From assembly GCA_016432245.1 (NCBI GenBank), contig CP066680.1, forward strand, positions 36,110 through 100,109: a stretch of DNA of 64,000 nt, read 5' to 3'. This document shows, piece by piece, positions 19,537 to 29,152 of the stretch (positions are counted from its first letter, which is position 1; each line of letters starts with the position of its first letter). The DNA is from Deltaproteobacteria bacterium (GTDB taxonomy: Bacteria; Myxococcota; UBA727; JABDBI01). The position numbers were made by a program, and so were the translations under genes. The notes under the pieces were generated by a model. That model made no database searches. It worked only from the letters and a program-made list of their open reading frames with translations, and had not been told where the DNA came from.

Positions 19537-20767
19537 TCGTTTTGTATATTCTGCCATGCATGTATCTGTAGTAATACTTTTTCTTATCGGGTTTATACAT
19601 ATTGCATCAGCAGTTCCTTATGAAGAACATTCAATATTTCTTTTGTCGTATTCCATATGGATTTTAGTTTTATGCGGAATTTTGGGTGTTCTGTATTTTG
19701 TTGATATAGGGAATTGTAAGTTTTTTATTTATCCAACATATTTATTAACAATTTTTTTATTAGTAGTTGTTTTATTTTATGGAAGCACAGTAAAAGGGGG
19801 GCAAAGGTGGTTGGATTTAGGCGTTCTAAAGTTTCAGCCGTCAGAAATAATTAAATTAGTAATTATATTTGTAATAGCTCATTATTGTGATGCTTTTATG
19901 CCGAAAAGAGAATACGTATTAATAGATATTTTTGGTTTGTTAAATGTATTCCGAACAATCATTTTATTTATGCTTGGTGTATATATGTGTATGTGTTACA
20001 AATTGTTAAAATATTATTGTTTATTATTGCTTTTATTTTTTGTTTTATTTTGTATAAAAAAGAAGAAAAAAAAGACTTTCATTTCGATAGTAGATTTTGT
20101 TATTTTACCTGTATATTTAATTTATTTACAGCCTGATTTTGCAACAGCATTAATCGTATTATTTATTTCAACTACTATAATTGTATGCGCCGGTATAAAT
20201 AAACAGTCTATTATATTGTTTATGTCATATTTTTTAACTGTTGTTTTTTTTTCTTGGATATATTTCTTTCAAGATTATCAGCGGTTGCGAATTTATGATT
20301 TTATTACGTTAAATTTTGAAAACAATCATTTAAATTATCAAATAGAGCAATCGATTTCTGCCATTGGCACAGGACAACTTTTTGGAAGTGGCTTTGGAGA
20401 AGGGTTGCAAATCTATTTATTATATTTGCCTGAAAATTTTACAGATTTTGCATTTTCAGGCATTTCAGGAGAGTGGGGTTTATTTGGAGACATAATTATT
20501 CTTTTTTTTTACAGTGTGTTAATTATTTCCTTAGTTTATTTTTCAAGCCAAGTAAGGAATAAGTTTGACCAGTTAGTTATTGTTGGATTTTCATCTTTAA
20601 TTTTTTGGAATATGTGTGTAAATATAGGAACTACTATTGGGATGTTTCCAACAGCAGGTGTACCATTGCCTTTCATTAGCAGTGGAGGAACATCTATGTT
20701 TATTCATATTGTAGGATTTTCTATTTGCTGTAATCTTTTAAAAAAAAAGTCAAATTTTATTTTTTAA
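19520..20767 (+). CDS. rodA: SEDS-family peptidoglycan glycosyltransferase RodA
   Basis: FtsW/RodA/SpoVE signatures: GGQRWLDLGVLKFQPSEIIKL, LQPDFATALI, TDFAFSGISGEWGL and GVPLPFISSGGTS. Overlaps the mrdA end by 17 nt. Confidence 0.88.
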   Translation: MLSHFNRFVYSAMHVSVVILFLIGFIHIASAVPYEEHSIFLLSYSIWILVLCGILGVLYFVDIGNCKFFIYPTYLLTIFLLVVVLFYGSTVKGGQRWLDLGVLKFQPSEIIKLVIIFVIAHYCDAFMPKREYVLIDIFGLLNVFRTIILFMLGVYMCMCYKLLKYYCLLLLLFFVLFCIKKKKKKTFISIVDFVILPVYLIYLQPDFATALIVLFISTTIIVCAGINKQSIILFMSYFLTVVFFSWIYFFQDYQRLRIYDFITLNFENNHLNYQIEQSISAIGTGQLFGSGFGEGLQIYLLYLPENFTDFAFSGISGEWGLFGDIIILFFYSVLIISLVYFSSQVRNKFDQLVIVGFSSLIFWNMCVNIGTTIGMFPTAGVPLPFISSGGTSMFIHIVGFSICCNLLKKKSNFIF

Positions 20768-22191
20768 GAAGATGTTTTAGAGCGTATTTGTTGATGAATT
20801 GAAAGGATATTGTTGATTAATATGTGCAATGTTAATCCGGATGGCAAAGATGACATAAATATAGAAACAAGCATAGGAAAGATCCAAAATAAAAAGATGT
20901 TATTCTGAGGAGGTGGGGTTATTGCAGTATATTGAGTTATGATAGTACTGATAAAAATACAAAAGGGTAGAATAAAAAATGGATCAGGAGCAGTAAGGTC
21001 GTGTATCCAAAATCCTAATGGTTGTTTGTATAATTCAATGGAATTATTTAGGATATAGTAAAGCGAAATCCAAATTGGCATTTGAATTAATACTGGGAAG
21101 CAACCAGAGAGAGGATTAACCTTTTCTTTTTGATATAATTTAATTTGTTCAGATCGTAAAAGTTCTTTGTTAGAAGCATATTTTTGTTGAATGTCTTTTA
21201 AAGAAGATGAAAGAGAGGAAATATGTTGTTGCGATTTGATTGATGAACGTGTTAAAGGAGAGGTTAAGAATTTTATTAATACAGTTAATAATATGATGGA
21301 AATTCCTGAATTTAAAGTCCATTGAGAGATTAATAGAAATAAGGAAGATAGTGGCTTGTTAATATAATCAAATTTGCTAAAATTTACATTATTTAAAAGA
21401 TAGGTTTTTGGGCCTATATAGATATCAGAGGCGAAAGATATAACTTCGTTGGAAGGAATAGCTATAATTTTTACATATGAGCAAGCTGGGATTATGCGAT
21501 TATTATAGAGTACATTTATTGGATTTATTTCATGAGAGATAGTTGCAGAGTGATTTTTTTGAATGAATTTTATAAGAAAATATCGAAGATGAAATTCTAT
21601 GCAAGAGAAAATTCCGGAAAAAGTTAATGATTTTAAATCTTTAATATTTGGTAGTTTTTCTGTTTTATCATTTATAATTAGAGAAGCTGAAGAGGAAGCA
21701 TCATTTGTGTTTATATTAAAAGGGGCATAAATCCAATTTAATTTTATTTCTTCATTTTTGTTACTGAAATTAGAAATTGAAACGGTCTCGGTTAAGGTAT
21801 AATGGTTGTCTAGTGTATATTTTCTTTGGATTTTTATAAGCGGGGCAAGCTCTTTTTCAAATATTATATATTTGTTTGAAGAAGTGCTTATATATTTTGA
21901 TGTAGTGTTATTCGTATTGTGCAAAGAATCAAAACATTGTATCGGAGGTAAATTTATATTTTTAAATCCTTTTAGTAGAAACAAGATTGATATGTTATGT
22001 CCATGTTGCAATGCGAGATTTAAATATGGCGAGTTTAAATGGTTAGAATATTTTGTATTATTTGAAAATAAAGGAGTATTTATAACAGGCGCAGTATTCG
22101 TATTAAAAGAGAAAAAGGCATAAAAGATGCAAAAGCCAATAACAGAAAAAAGAAAGATGTGTTTGTTTTTTTTTATGAGGTTTAATGTCAT
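20764..22191 (-). CDS. yidC: membrane protein insertase YidC
   Basis: N-terminal TM helix, a periplasmic domain, and the conserved C-terminal core: GISIILLTVLIKFLTSPLT, NPLSGCFPVLIQMPIWISLY and LPSGLTLH. Confidence 0.87.
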   Translation of the reverse strand: MTLNLIKKNKHIFLFSVIGFCIFYAFFSFNTNTAPVINTPLFSNNTKYSNHLNSPYLNLALQHGHNISILFLLKGFKNINLPPIQCFDSLHNTNNTTSKYISTSSNKYIIFEKELAPLIKIQRKYTLDNHYTLTETVSISNFSNKNEEIKLNWIYAPFNINTNDASSSASLIINDKTEKLPNIKDLKSLTFSGIFSCIEFHLRYFLIKFIQKNHSATISHEINPINVLYNNRIIPACSYVKIIAIPSNEVISFASDIYIGPKTYLLNNVNFSKFDYINKPLSSLFLLISQWTLNSGISIILLTVLIKFLTSPLTRSSIKSQQHISSLSSSLKDIQQKYASNKELLRSEQIKLYQKEKVNPLSGCFPVLIQMPIWISLYYILNNSIELYKQPLGFWIHDLTAPDPFFILPFCIFISTIITQYTAITPPPQNNIFLFWIFPMLVSIFMSSLPSGLTLHILINNILSIHQQIRSKTSS

Positions 22192-22223
22192 TTTTAATTA
22201 TTTTACTCTATTATTTATAATAT

Positions 22224-22718
22224 ATGTTTCGTATTATGGCAATAGATCCAGGTACATTTAAAATTGGAATAGCGATTATAGATTATTGTAGGAGAAAATC
22301 AGTTAGAGTAGTGTATGCAGAATCGATATATTTAAGTGTGAATCAGACAAAAGGATTAAAAATTTTAGAAGCGATATTGCGAATTTTATTTTTTGTGAAC
22401 ATATATAATCCACAGCAGGTTATTATAGAAACAGTTTTTATAGGAGATAAAAAATCATTGTTAGTTCTTGAGTTTTTTAGAGGAGGAGTATCTTCTTATA
22501 TATTAGAATCAGGCTATAAAAGTATCCATTTTGCACCTACTTTGACAAAGAAAATTGTTACAGGGAATGGACATTCAACAAAAGAAGATTTAAGAAACAT
22601 ACTTAGTATGTTTTTAGGTTTAAAAAAAGAATACTTATCTGAAGATATGTCAGATGCAATTGCTCTTAGCTTTTCTTACATTCTTTTGTTTGATTTTTAT
22701 TTCACTTTAAAGATTTAA
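22224..22718 (+). CDS. ruvC: Holliday junction resolvase RuvC
   Basis: Catalytic acidic residues in MAIDPGT, IIETVF and SEDMSDAIALS. Size is right. The start may be Met5 (22236). Confidence 0.8.
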   Translation: MFRIMAIDPGTFKIGIAIIDYCRRKSVRVVYAESIYLSVNQTKGLKILEAILRILFFVNIYNPQQVIIETVFIGDKKSLLVLEFFRGGVSSYILESGYKSIHFAPTLTKKIVTGNGHSTKEDLRNILSMFLGLKKEYLSEDMSDAIALSFSYILLFDFYFTLKI

Positions 22719-23549
22719 TTGTATAGACTTTAATAGGAAGGTAGAATGTTTATTTAATTTTAGACTTGTTGCATATTGTGGATTTAATTTTTGTATTTTT
22801 TGTAAGCATAAAAAAGATTGTAGGACTTTTTTTTCAGCAAGTAATATTGATAGAAAATGTAAAGATGGAATATATGTAAAAGTGTCTTTTTGAAGAAATA
22901 AATTAGAATTTAGTAAAGGTATTATTTTAAGAAGCATTTTTTCCTTTTGAGATGGTAATTCTTTTTCAAATTCACAATTTAAGGCATGGAAGGATTCCTT
23001 TAAGAATTTTTGAGCCATTAAATCTTTTTGCATTGGAATATGTAAATTTTTATTTAGATTAAATTTTAAATAAAATTGATGCCCTATGGAATTGGAAGGT
23101 GTATTGTTAGTACTTGATTGAAAGAGTAAAATTGACTGTATTGTAGATGGATTGTGTTGTAAAAAAGGAAATAAGTTGATATTTATAAAGCTTAATATTA
23201 GATAGCTTTTGACACACCCTATTGGGTGGAGGGAGAATGCACTTTTTAGATTATCTAAGAATTCATTGTAAAAACCAAGTTTTAAAAGGGTTAAATTTTC
23301 TATTGAAAAAAATTGTGATGATAAAAAGTTTGATTTTGATTTTTCAAATGTTTTTTTTTGCATTATTTCTTTAGATAGATGATGTTTATTTTCAATATAA
23401 AAAAGCATTTTTTTTATTTCAAAAGGAGAGCAATTTTTATTGTCTATGTTATGAAATAAACATTTTGATAAAAGGCTATAAGGCGTAAAGGTGTTAAGAC
23501 TTATAGGTGTGCATGTAAAAAATAATAAAAAAAAAGAAAGTAAAATCAT
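22707..23549 (-). CDS. hypothetical secreted protein or lipoprotein
   Basis: 280-aa ORF with the hydrophobic leader MILLSFFLLFFTC (possible lipobox Cys). I recognise no family. Confidence 0.5.
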   Translation of the reverse strand: MILLSFFLLFFTCTPISLNTFTPYSLLSKCLFHNIDNKNCSPFEIKKMLFYIENKHHLSKEIMQKKTFEKSKSNFLSSQFFSIENLTLLKLGFYNEFLDNLKSAFSLHPIGCVKSYLILSFININLFPFLQHNPSTIQSILLFQSSTNNTPSNSIGHQFYLKFNLNKNLHIPMQKDLMAQKFLKESFHALNCEFEKELPSQKEKMLLKIIPLLNSNLFLQKDTFTYIPSLHFLSILLAEKKVLQSFLCLQKIQKLNPQYATSLKLNKHSTFLLKSIQLNL

Positions 23550-23612
23550 AAGAAGTCGAAAATTTTGATAAGCTTGACGTTTGTTTCACTATATTGTAAA
23601 AAAAACATATAA

Positions 23613-23686
23613 GGGGTGGTAGTTAAGTTGGTTATAACGCCGGCTTGTCACGCCGGAGGCCGCGGGTTCAAGTCCCGTTCACCCCG
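23613..23686 (+). tRNA. tRNA-Asp (anticodon GUC)
   Basis: ggggtgg ta gtta agttggtta taac g ccggc ttGTCac gccgg aggcc gcggg ttcaagt cccgt tcacccc g. Canonical cloverleaf. Confidence 0.9.
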
Positions 23687-23888
23687 TTGGTCGTTTTAGG
23701 ACTTTTTTATCTTTTTTTTTAACTCTATTTAGCGCATTTTTTGTTTTTAACTTTTTCTTTTCAGATGGTTTTTCAAAATATTCTTTTTTTTTTAGCTCTT
23801 TTAAAATCCCTGATTGTTCAACTTTTCGTTTGAAGCGTTTTAAGCCTCTTTCAATTTGTTCACCATCTCTAATTAGTACTTTTATCAA
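23679..23888 (-). CDS. rpsU: 30S ribosomal protein S21
   Basis: [46 protein letters not shown] matches the S21 consensus. The last 8 nt overlap the 3' end of tRNA-Asp on the opposite strand. Confidence 0.87.
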   Translation of the reverse strand: MIKVLIRDGEQIERGLKRFKRKVEQSGILKELKKKEYFEKPSEKKKLKTKNALNRVKKKDKKVLKRPTG

Positions 23889-24001
23889 TTTATAAACTCC
23901 TTTTTTCTAAAGTAACAAAGTATTTGAAATTTGTCTAGATTATTTTTCGTATACTATATAGATATTTTAGGAGTATAATGTAAAAATATTTTGAGGCCTA
24001 T

Positions 24002-25294
24002 ATGTTAACATTAGGAGTTTTGATTAATAAATTACTTAGGGCAGGGGGAAATCCAGTACTAGTAGGTGGAAGTATAAGGGATAGGTTTTTAGGTAAATCT
24101 TCAGAAGATTTTGATATTGAAGTTTATGCATTGTCGTATGAAACAGTTTTAAGCGTACTAAGAGATATTGGCCCGGTTTGCTGTGTTGGAAAACAGTTTG
24201 GTGTGTTTAAAATATATAATTTTGATATTAGTTTGCCTAGGATTGAAAAAAAGGATGGAGAGGGGTATAAAGGGTTTAGAGTATCTCATCGTTTAGATAT
24301 GGACTATTTTACGGCTTCATTAAGAAGAGATTTTACTATTAATTCGATGGGTTTAAATTTGAAAGATGGAATGTTTTTAGATCCCCATATGGGAAAGAAT
24401 GATATAAGAAAAAAGCATATACGGCATGTATCATTAAGATTTTGCGAAGATCCTTTAAGAGTGTTAAGGGCATGTAGATTTTCATCTGTTTTGAATTTTA
24501 AGATACATTATAAAACGGTGTTAGAGTGCAAAAAGCTGCAAGGTGAATTGATGTTCTTACCTAAAGAAAGGATTGGTACAGAATTTTGCAAAATGCTAAT
24601 GGGAATGAAGCCTTCATTGGGGTTTAAATTTCTAGTCAGGACTTTTTCTATTTGCTTATTTCCAGAGCTATGTGTGTTAGTATTCCGATTTAAGACTGAA
24701 GCATGGGATGTCGTTTTAAATATTTTAGATTTACTATCTAGACAAAATGCTTCATTAAATTTGAGATTAGCAGCCTTATGTGAAGTGTTAAGTTTAGATT
24801 TTATTTTTCGTTTAAATTTAAAAAACATATCAATAGAAAATTTAATAAACATTAGATGTTTTTTTTCTGAACAGTTTTTGCATCGAATTAATAAGTCTTA
24901 TGAAGCAATTGGGAATATTTTATCACTGCTTTATTGTTTGGGATTAATAAAGTTAAGTAACGGTAAGCATGGATATTATAAATTTATATATCACCTGGCA
25001 TTGATTGTATGTATTGAAGATTTATGTGTTTTAAAAAATATATTTTTTAGTTTAGATAAGGCAATTAATTATTATATCCAAGAATTGATATGTCAAACAC
25101 AGATATTGTTAGTTTCAAAAAGACCATTGAAGCCGTTGCTAAAAGGAGAACATTTTATTTTGAATGGATTTTTGCCAGGGCCTGAAATCGGAAAGTTAAT
25201 AAAAAACGCTTATGAAGCGCAGATGTTGGGAAAATTTTGGACGTTATCGGATGCGCTTCGGTGGATAAAAAAGACTTTAAAGGCTATAAAATAA
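24002..25294 (+). CDS. cca: tRNA nucleotidyltransferase / poly(A) polymerase family (CCA-adding enzyme)
   Basis: VGGSIRDRFLGKSSEDFDIEV (GG..RD...DxD), RRDFTINSM and EDPLRVLRACRF. Confidence 0.78.
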   Translation: MLTLGVLINKLLRAGGNPVLVGGSIRDRFLGKSSEDFDIEVYALSYETVLSVLRDIGPVCCVGKQFGVFKIYNFDISLPRIEKKDGEGYKGFRVSHRLDMDYFTASLRRDFTINSMGLNLKDGMFLDPHMGKNDIRKKHIRHVSLRFCEDPLRVLRACRFSSVLNFKIHYKTVLECKKLQGELMFLPKERIGTEFCKMLMGMKPSLGFKFLVRTFSICLFPELCVLVFRFKTEAWDVVLNILDLLSRQNASLNLRLAALCEVLSLDFIFRLNLKNISIENLINIRCFFSEQFLHRINKSYEAIGNILSLLYCLGLIKLSNGKHGYYKFIYHLALIVCIEDLCVLKNIFFSLDKAINYYIQELICQTQILLVSKRPLKPLLKGEHFILNGFLPGPEIGKLIKNAYEAQMLGKFWTLSDALRWIKKTLKAIK

Positions 25295-25345
25295 GTACTT
25301 GACCATGTGCTTTAAGTGATTAGTTTATATTACATAGGAGGATAT

Positions 25346-27232
25346 ATGGGAAAAATTATAGGAATTGATTTAGGAACTACAAACTCAGTTGTAGCTATTA
25401 TGGAGGGCGGAGAGCCAAAGGTTATAGCAAATGATGAAGGAGCGCGTACGACCCCATCAGTTGTTGCGTACACCAAAAGTGGTGAAATTTTAGTTGGGCA
25501 ACCGGCTAAAAGACAAGCGATTACAAATCCAGAGAATACGATATTTTCAGCAAAAAGATTTATAGGACATCGGTTTGATGAGAGCCAAATGGAAATTCAA
25601 AAACATCCATTTAATTGCGTACGGCTTGGGAATGGAGATATCGGATTTAAGGTACAAGGAAAAGATGTGACCCCTCCGGAAGTATCAGCAAAGGTGTTGC
25701 AAAAATTAAAAAGAGCAGCAGAGGCGTATCTTGGACAGGAAGTCAAAGAAGCGGTAATTACAGTGCCTGCTTATTTTAATGATGCACAGAGGCAAGCAAC
25801 ACGGGACGCTGGTAAGATAGCTGGATTAGAGGTTAAAAGGATAGTCAATGAACCAACAGCAGCAGCGTTAGCTTATGGGTTGGATAAAAAGAATGATCAA
25901 AAGATTGTTGTATACGATTTAGGAGGTGGAACTTTTGACGTGTCTATATTGGAAGTTGGGCAGAATATTGTGGAAGTAATTTCAACCAATGGGGATACTC
26001 ATTTGGGTGGTGATGATTTTGATATTATAGTTATGGAGTATTTAATTCAGGAGTTTAAAAAGGACACTGGAATTGATGTATCAAAAGATAAGATGGTAAT
26101 GCAACGATTAAAAGAAGCAGCGGAAAAAGCAAAAATTGAATTGTCGAATGTGAAAGAGACAGAAATTACTCTTCCATTCTTGACAGCAGATGCAACAGGT
26201 CCTAAGCATCTCAATATAAAATTTTCACGTTCTAAATTAGAGCAATTATTGGAGCCAATGATTCAAAAAACTTTAGAGCCTTGTAAAAAAGCATTATCTG
26301 ATGCTAAATTAAAATTAAGTGACGTACAAGAAGTTGTGTTAGTTGGTGGATCCACCAGAATTCCGCGTGTACAGGAAGTTGTTAAAGACTTTTTTGGGAA
26401 AGAACCAAATCGAACAGTAAATCCAGATGAAGTTGTAGCTTTAGGAGCGGCTGTTCAAGCAGGGGTATTGGCAGGTGATGTGAAGGATATGTTGTTGTTA
26501 GATGTTACACCATTGAGCTTAGGAATCGAAACATTAGGAGGGGTTTCTACTGTTTTAATTTCGAGAAATACAACTATTCCAACAAAAAAATCAGAAGTTT
26601 TTTCAACTGCAACAGACAATCAGACATCAGTTGAAGTGCATGTGCTGCAAGGAGAAAGAGAATTTGCAAGAGATAACAGAACGTTGGGACGGTTTCATTT
26701 AGAGGGAATACCTCCAGCACCAAGAGGAATTCCTCAGATTGAAGTAACGTTTGATATAGATGCCAATGGTATCGTTAATGTTTTTGCGAAGGATAGAGCA
26801 ACTAATAAAGAGCAAAGGATCACTATTACTTCTAGCTCAGGGCTTGCGGATTCGGAAATAAATAGAATGGTGAAAGAGGCAGAGGACCATGCAAGTGATG
26901 ACAAGAAAAGGCGAGAGCTTATAGAGGAGAAAAATAAATTAGATGGAATGATTTACAATGTTGAGAAAATGGTAAGCGAAAATAAAGGGCAAGTGCCTGA
27001 AAATATAATTGAAGAGGTAAATCAGGCAATATCTCTGTCTAAGTCCAAATTAGAGTCTCAAAATGTTGAAGAATTGAAATCTGCATTTGCAATGATTACT
27101 GCAGCTAGCCATAAAATGGCCGAAGTTTTATATAAAAAAAATAGCACAGAGACAGCTTCCAATGCTTCATCAAATGAAGAAAAGAAAGAAGAATCGAAAG
27201 TAGTTGATGCAGAATTTGAAGACATTAAGTAA
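25346..27232 (+). CDS. dnaK: molecular chaperone DnaK (Hsp70)
   Basis: [20 protein letters not shown] and [16 protein letters not shown] sits 6 nt upstream of ATG 25346. The track ORF starts 30 nt earlier. Confidence 0.98.
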   Translation: MGKIIGIDLGTTNSVVAIMEGGEPKVIANDEGARTTPSVVAYTKSGEILVGQPAKRQAITNPENTIFSAKRFIGHRFDESQMEIQKHPFNCVRLGNGDIGFKVQGKDVTPPEVSAKVLQKLKRAAEAYLGQEVKEAVITVPAYFNDAQRQATRDAGKIAGLEVKRIVNEPTAAALAYGLDKKNDQKIVVYDLGGGTFDVSILEVGQNIVEVISTNGDTHLGGDDFDIIVMEYLIQEFKKDTGIDVSKDKMVMQRLKEAAEKAKIELSNVKETEITLPFLTADATGPKHLNIKFSRSKLEQLLEPMIQKTLEPCKKALSDAKLKLSDVQEVVLVGGSTRIPRVQEVVKDFFGKEPNRTVNPDEVVALGAAVQAGVLAGDVKDMLLLDVTPLSLGIETLGGVSTVLISRNTTIPTKKSEVFSTATDNQTSVEVHVLQGEREFARDNRTLGRFHLEGIPPAPRGIPQIEVTFDIDANGIVNVFAKDRATNKEQRITITSSSGLADSEINRMVKEAEDHASDDKKRRELIEEKNKLDGMIYNVEKMVSENKGQVPENIIEEVNQAISLSKSKLESQNVEELKSAFAMITAASHKMAEVLYKKNSTETASNASSNEEKKEESKVVDAEFEDIK

Positions 27233-27266
27233 TGTATTAATGTATTTAAATTTAAAATATTCTTGA

Positions 27267-27339
27267 TCGGAGCGACAGGGTTTAAAACTGCGATGACTAG
27301 ACCCCCAGCTAGTGCGCTACCAAGCTGCGCTACGCTCTG
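27267..27339 (-). tRNA. tRNA-Pro(GGG)-like gene with an 8-nt anticodon loop (CUGGGGGU) and weakened acceptor and T arms
   Basis: Minus strand: cagagcg ta gcgc agcttggta gcgc actag CTGGGGGT ctagt catc gcagt tttaaac cctgt cgctccg a. C1-G72 and A73 are the bacterial tRNA-Pro identity set. The D-arm is almost identical to E. coli proL. There are mismatches at A2-C71 and T53-C61, and position 56 is T instead of C. Confidence 0.6.
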
Positions 27340-27344
27340 GGAAT

Positions 27345-27417
27345 CGTCTTCGACGGGATTTGAGCCCGTGTTGCTGCCGTGAAAGGGCAGTGTCCTAGGC
27401 CTCTAGACGACGAAGAC
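27345..27417 (-). tRNA. tRNA-Glu (anticodon UUC)
   Basis: Minus strand: gtcttcg tc gtctagaggcctaggac a ctgcc ctTTCac ggcag caac acggg ctcaaat cccgt cgaagac g. The D-arm is typical of tRNA-Glu. Confidence 0.9.
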
Positions 27418-27481
27418 TTTATATTTTATAATATAACGGCATCAATGAATCAAGCAAAATATTAATGATATTGTAAATTAA

Positions 27482-29152
27482 TTAAAATTTTGTTTTAGTT
27501 TTTGTCTTAAATGCTTTTAGAAGAAATGTTGCTTCTTCAGATTTTAAAAGAATGGTTATTATAAAATAGACTATAAAGCCAAGAAAAAGTGCAAATAAGA
27601 GGATGATTATATTAAAAGGGGTAGGTCCTAGATCCCACATTCCTATCGATGTGATTTTGTGTACGATTATCATTGTGCAAAGGGATGCTATACAGCTTTT
27701 TTTAAAAGAGGATAAAAGTTTTTTTAATTGTAGATCTTCACATAGGTGTTCTTTTAAGTGATATATGGACAAATAAGACTGTATTATATTTGAAACTAAG
27801 TAAGCGACACCTAAGCCTGATATATCAAGTTTAGAGAGCGTATATATGCAAAATACTTGAGAAAGGCAACCATAGAACATTATTTTATTTGGAGTTGAAA
27901 AATCATTAAGGACAAAAAATACTTGTGTGGAAATTTTTGTTATTGCATATGTTATTAGTGTAAATGATAGTAAATTAAGAGAGATGGCCATCGCTTTTAT
28001 ATCAAACCAGCAGCAATTTCCATGGAAGTAGATTACGGAGATGATTGGAAGGCCGCTTATGAATAAGATAGAGCTTATTGGTATTAAAAAGAACAGGGAA
28101 AAAGATAGGGAAAAATGCCATGTCGCGATGATTGATCTCTGACTCATAGGGTCATTTCCGGAAAACATGCATAATTGAGACAAGGTAATTAATGAAATCG
28201 AGTTAGTGATAATTCCAGAAAACATTTGAATTAGGCGATCGGCGGCGTAAAAGCAGGACAGAGAACCGCTTTCGAAATAGCTTGCAGCATTTCTAGTAAA
28301 GAGGAAACTTGTTTGTGCAATGATAGTTCCCCAAAGAGCTGGGCCAAATGTATTGGATAATTTTTTAATCGGTTCAATATTGAAAAGAAAAGATGGCTTT
28401 AATGAAATATTTTTATTTAGAATAGTTGGAATCAGTATTAGAATTTGAAGAAATAACCCTAGAATATGACCAATTGATAAGGAGAAGTATGGTTTTATGT
28501 TAAATATGGATAGGGAAATTATAATAGCAAGACTGGTAAATGTAGGGAGAAATGCAGATATTACGAAGCTGTTATAAGTGTTCAGTACAGTGGTGATATA
28601 GAAAATAGGGCCTAATAATACGAAGTAGAGAAAGATTAGATTAGAAATTTCTAAAGTATCTACATAGTAGTCAGTATTTAATTTGAATCCTGGCAGGTAG
28701 ATAACATAATAAAAACAGGCAAGTATAAAGAATAAAATTGACATTCCAATAGTTATAATAATACATACTCCTAAAAAAGCTCTCAGAAACAAATAATAGG
28801 GATCTTCACCTAAACTTAAGCGTGATTTTAAAAAATTCGGCAGAAGCATGGAGCATATATTTCCCTCAAGCAATTGTGTTTTAATGTTGCCTTGAAAGGA
28901 TAAACCTGCATTAAATATGTCTAGCCCTGCTGAATTTCCTAGTTTGTTCATCACCATAGAATCACGAAGCAACCCTATGAATCTTGAAAAGAAGGTGGCA
29001 AGAGAAACTTTAAAAGCATCCGCTAAAAAATCAATTTGGTCTTCAATAATGGATTCTTCATTTTCTTGTAATACGATTTCTATTTTTTCTTTAAATTGTA
29101 TATCAAGGTGAATAGTCTTTTTTATGTTTTGTTTTTTACTTTTTAAGTACAT
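27482..29152 (-). CDS. murJ: lipid II flippase MurJ (MviN)
   Basis: About 14 hydrophobic segments. The MurJ-type start SLATFFSRFIGLLRDSMVMNKLG follows an N-terminal extension of about 45 aa. Overlaps the rpsA end by 17 nt. Confidence 0.85.
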   Translation of the reverse strand: MYLKSKKQNIKKTIHLDIQFKEKIEIVLQENEESIIEDQIDFLADAFKVSLATFFSRFIGLLRDSMVMNKLGNSAGLDIFNAGLSFQGNIKTQLLEGNICSMLLPNFLKSRLSLGEDPYYLFLRAFLGVCIIITIGMSILFFILACFYYVIYLPGFKLNTDYYVDTLEISNLIFLYFVLLGPIFYITTVLNTYNSFVISAFLPTFTSLAIIISLSIFNIKPYFSLSIGHILGLFLQILILIPTILNKNISLKPSFLFNIEPIKKLSNTFGPALWGTIIAQTSFLFTRNAASYFESGSLSCFYAADRLIQMFSGIITNSISLITLSQLCMFSGNDPMSQRSIIATWHFSLSFSLFFLIPISSILFISGLPIISVIYFHGNCCWFDIKAMAISLNLLSFTLITYAITKISTQVFFVLNDFSTPNKIMFYGCLSQVFCIYTLSKLDISGLGVAYLVSNIIQSYLSIYHLKEHLCEDLQLKKLLSSFKKSCIASLCTMIIVHKITSIGMWDLGPTPFNIIILLFALFLGFIVYFIITILLKSEEATFLLKAFKTKTKTKF

